Origin: Monocercomonoides exilis PA203
Lineage: Eukaryota > Protista > Preaxostyla
Assembly: GCA_001643675.2 (NCBI GenBank)
Contig: LSRY02000007.1
Location: forward strand, 806,001-870,000
Reading direction: 5' to 3'
Length of the DNA: 64,000 nt
Shown: positions 60,717 through 64,000 of the stretch, one piece after another
Numbering within the stretch: position 1 is the stretch's first letter
How the letters are laid out: every line of letters begins with the position of its first letter
Program-made: the position numbers and the translations under genes
The notes under the pieces: generated by a model
Databases searched by the model: none
What the model saw: only the letters and a program-made list of their open reading frames with translations
Told to the model about the DNA's origin: nothing

Positions 60717-63700
60717 TTAGAATAATGCTGACATGCTTCTATGTCTGCGCTGTTTCATGTTTGGATCAAACAAATTCAGAGAGCGTCGAATACTTGCTGG
60801 TTCTGGGATCAAATGAGTAGGCCCGTTAGATTTTAAACTTGGAGGATAGGACAAAGAACGTGAACCGATAGAACGTCTGAAAGGAATTGGATCGGGTAAA
60901 ACATTGTCAAGCGAAAGAATAGCTCGGCTACGATGTGTATGTATTTTGGAAGTTTTGTGAGGAGAACGAGAATGTGACGTGTTGAAATGATGCGAACTGC
61001 CATGCACATGAGCAGTGCTGGCAAAATGAAGAGAAGAGCGAATAGTTTGTGTGGCTAATTCATTTTTGTGTGAATGAGCAGATGAATACTTATCGGGCGC
61101 CATTTGACTTTCGTCTTCACTCGACTCGTCTCCTAAAGACGAAAGATGAGATTTAGTGCTTGAAATTTTACCTTCGTTGTGGAGAGTTTCTTCATCTTCT
61201 GGATTTGTGATCTTCCTTTCCCGATTTGACACAGTGCCCTTTTTTCTCCAATTTCTTTGATGTGTCTGCCTGTCTTCCTTCTGTGTGTCAATTCCTTTTG
61301 AATATTGACTCTCATTTTTCATTTTCTCCTTTGATTTTTTAATATGTTTGTTCTTTGCCTCTTTTTTAGCACTGAGATCTATTACGTTTTTGACATTTCC
61401 TTTTTCATTTGAAGCTTTTCTATCGTTAGACAAAGTCGACTGTGTCGTTATTGTTCTGTCTATCTCGGATAATGCTATCTTCTGCTTCATCTCTTCTAAC
61501 TCTTTCAGCAATGCATCAAAATCCTGTTGCTTAACAATGGCATACACATTCTTTGAAGAAGAGGCGGCATCGTCTGCAGAAGATTCAGAAAATGGTGAGG
61601 AAGCAGAGGACGGAGTGTGTTTCGAAAGAAGCTTAACAATTGGAAAGTTCAAAGAATTGGATGATGATTCTGTTATTTGTGGGGTTAGAGATGCCAGGTG
61701 AGAAGAAGAAGACTGAGATGCAGAGGAGGTTGAGTTCTGTGTTGCATCTTTTCTCATCATTTCTGTTGCTTCAAAATGCCGAGTCATATCACGAGGGGCA
61801 TGCTTATGCCGGGCTATACTTTGCTGAGATTGTCGTTTTGAATGATGCTGCCGATGATGATGTGAATGAGAAGCATGAACGCGATCCTGATAAAGGTAAT
61901 CATCATAAAGTTGCTTTTTTTCCTCTTCTGTGATGTCTGGCCGCTCAGACGAATTGGCAGAAGAGTGCTGTGCCAACGGAGACGATCCATAAGATGCATT
62001 TTGCTTGTCAGAAATTACATTTTTGGGCAAACAAGAGATATCAGTTTGTGAATGAAGAAGAGAAGAAGCGGAATTTTTCGCATTCGGTGGTGACTGATCA
62101 GCCTTTGCTGAGCAGCGAGAATGAATAGATAACGGCCGAGCGAACAAGGCAGATGACGATGGCTTTGGGAAAGACGTAGCCAAATGGGGGATTAATTCAA
62201 AAGAAGAAATGGTTGTTGTAGATGTTGTTGCTGGAGATGATGTCAATGAAGAAGAAGAAGGTGGAGAAACATGAATTGAATTTTGTGACTGGTGGCAAAA
62301 ATGAGAAGTCCGAGATGGGTTTTGAAATGAAGGAATTGAGTAATTATCTTGGAGTTCATCTGACAGCGAGGCTGGATTTGAAACAAATCTTTGCTTCAAA
62401 TATCTTTTTCTGTTATCAGTTTGACTTCGTTTTTCCTCGTAGTAACTGCTATTGTTCACATCTCTCTTAAAATAGCTGTTGTTTTCATTTCCATTGTACA
62501 CGCTCGTATGATCCTTTGGACTGCGCTCCAAACGAAAAAGAATGAATTTTCCTTTCGAAAATTGCTTTGGAATATCTGAATTTCTGCGCATGTGAGAAGA
62601 AATTGGTGCTTTGACGTCACTTCTTGAAGTGGCACAGTTCTGAGAACTTGATCTACGATTCATTTTTCTGGAATTGATTAATTCTTCTTTCGGTTCTCCA
62701 TCATTTGTTGAATTGTGCGATGGAATCAGATCATTGTGGCTGTCAAACCCGGACGTACCAACTTTTTCGTGTGCACTTTGGCTTTCGTCTTCATCAGGAA
62801 TAGAAGGCTCTTTCGCTTGAATCAATTGTTCATTGTTAATTGATCTCATTTCATTCTCTATTTTGGAAGTGTATCTTTTTCTCTCCTCTTGCACATTGGC
62901 ATCCATTCTGTATACGTTCCCTTCATACACTTCTCCACTCGTGTCCCTCTTTTCTTTTCTAGCTAAGTCAACGTAATGACTTCTCTTAGCATTATTTTCT
63001 TGGTTCTTTGGATTCATCTTACTGGTTGATGATTTCGTTGCAAGCTGGCCATAACGTTCGCCTGTGAAATCAGGTTGGCTTCTATCAAAATGATGTGCGT
63101 GAGCTTTTGAGTGAGGTGGGGCAACAGAAGCTGAAATACCTTTTGGATGCTCAAGATCAGCTAGCTGTACTGAAGCCGCCCTGTCAATGTCAACATCGTC
63201 TTGCAACAATTTTCGTGAATGAAGCAAAGGAGAAATCATTGCATTCACAGATGGTTTCACTTCACCTTTTGAATTGGTTTGGCTTTCGTGTGAGCGAATA
63301 TAAGACAGAAAAGCACGAGCACGTGCGTGATTTATCGGAGAAGAGCGGTCTAAAGAATTAGCAGGAAATACTGAAGATGTACATGGACAAGACACACACG
63401 AAAGTGCAGGCGAAGGCGCTGGGAATGGTTGCGGATAAAACAGAAAAGAAGGCTCAGAAAAGGCCATAGGCGGTGTGTAGATAATCGATCTCTTTCCTTT
63501 TTTGGATTTAACAGAAAAAGAGGTAGATGAAGTGGGGCTATGGCAAGTTTCATTGATGCACTCAACTTGAAAGACCTCAGCAGCATCCAAAGCAGGACTC
63601 TGTTTTGAGTGTCCGTTTGCAAACAGTTTTTGGTACTCGTTTGCCTGTTTGAGTGAGACTGCTTCTGCTGCCATTGCTTTTTTATTGACCGAAGCGACTT

Positions 63701-64000
63701 CTCGCCCTGCTGTTTTTAAAGCTATTCGCTTTATTTCTTTCTCATTTTCAACAGTTTCAATAGAATCTGCATATTCACGAGAAAGGTTCGAATTTTTCAT
63801 CCGTTCCAGTTTACCAAATGAATGAATGCTTTTTTCAAGTCTTGCCCGGTCAGATTCTTCATTGAAACAGGATTTTCTTGCAGTGTTATTTGTTGAGGCG
63901 GAAAGCAAGTCAGCCGATGCATCAGAGCTCAAATGAGGCAGAGATGAGTAGGACGATGAAGGAGATATTGGAGAAGAGGAAGAGGACGAAGAAGAGGAAG
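60717..64000 (-). CDS. Large hypothetical, largely disordered Ser/His/Lys-rich protein; 5' end lies beyond the window
   Basis: Frame is open from 64000 to the stop at 60717 (>1,090 codons); one short coiled coil (QQDFDALLKELEEMKQKI); no recognisable domain. Confidence 0.75.
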   Translation of the reverse strand, partial: SSSSSSSSSPISPSSSYSSLPHLSSDASADLLSASTNNTARKSCFNEESDRARLEKSIHSFGKLERMKNSNLSREYADSIETVENEKEIKRIALKTAGREVASVNKKAMAAEAVSLKQANEYQKLFANGHSKQSPALDAAEVFQVECINETCHSPTSSTSFSVKSKKGKRSIIYTPPMAFSEPSFLFYPQPFPAPSPALSCVSCPCTSSVFPANSLDRSSPINHARARAFLSYIRSHESQTNSKGEVKPSVNAMISPLLHSRKLLQDDVDIDRAASVQLADLEHPKGISASVAPPHSKAHAHHFDRSQPDFTGERYGQLATKSSTSKMNPKNQENNAKRSHYVDLARKEKRDTSGEVYEGNVYRMDANVQEERKRYTSKIENEMRSINNEQLIQAKEPSIPDEDESQSAHEKVGTSGFDSHNDLIPSHNSTNDGEPKEELINSRKMNRRSSSQNCATSRSDVKAPISSHMRRNSDIPKQFSKGKFILFRLERSPKDHTSVYNGNENNSYFKRDVNNSSYYEEKRSQTDNRKRYLKQRFVSNPASLSDELQDNYSIPSFQNPSRTSHFCHQSQNSIHVSPPSSSSLTSSPATTSTTTISSFELIPHLATSFPKPSSSALFARPLSIHSRCSAKADQSPPNAKNSASSLLHSQTDISCLPKNVISDKQNASYGSSPLAQHSSANSSERPDITEEEKKQLYDDYLYQDRVHASHSHHHRQHHSKRQSQQSIARHKHAPRDMTRHFEATEMMRKDATQNSTSSASQSSSSHLASLTPQITESSSNSLNFPIVKLLSKHTPSSASSPFSESSADDAASSSKNVYAIVKQQDFDALLKELEEMKQKIALSEIDRTITTQSTLSNDRKASNEKGNVKNVIDLSAKKEAKNKHIKKSKEKMKNESQYSKGIDTQKEDRQTHQRNWRKKGTVSNRERKITNPEDEETLHNEGKISSTKSHLSSLGDESSEDESQMAPDKYSSAHSHKNELATQTIRSSLHFASTAHVHGSSHHFNTSHSRSPHKTSKIHTHRSRAILSLDNVLPDPIPFRRSIGSRSLSYPPSLKSNGPTHLIPEPASIRRSLNLFDPNMKQRRHRSMSALF

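Noticed and set aside
1-64000. Alternative genetic code (TAA/TAG = Gln)
   Set aside because: Fibrillarin, the CFAP52-like gene and Rictor end at TAA at the expected positions, and multi-kb exons are free of TAA/TAG.

Overview
Eukaryotic genomic DNA with very AT-rich introns and intergenic spacers, GC-richer exons and the standard genetic code. The short GT-AG introns, poly-Ser-inflated proteins and lineage-specific gene families suggest an oxymonad/metamonad such as Monocercomonoides; this is inference from sequence style, not a database result. Recognisable genes: a calponin-homology protein (partial), a beta-helix type-I membrane protein, a CFAP52/WDR16-like WD40 protein, an importin-alpha-like ARM protein, inositol-pentakisphosphate 2-kinase (IPK1), a giant (~4,000 aa) Rictor, fibrillarin and an LCAT-family lipase, plus several lineage-specific genes. 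Between the gene blocks lie three islands (about 1.1-6.2 kb, 12.7-14.8 kb and 51.9-59.3 kb) of non-autonomous TIR DNA transposons from at least four families, several nested or tandem. The most striking observation is that two unrelated TIR elements carry decayed host genes as cargo. One is a 3,000-bp element with an 8-bp TSD holding a pseudogene of the same family as the intact gene at 44.4-45.9 kb. The other is a 6-7 kb doubly TIR-bounded element holding an intron-containing, frameshifted ARM-like gene. Together they suggest a Pack-transposon-like gene-capture system. Other oddities: a dominant GTTTGY 5' splice-site consensus, and an apparent stop/start overlap between IPK1 and the importin-alpha-like gene. 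All exon boundaries were placed by eye.
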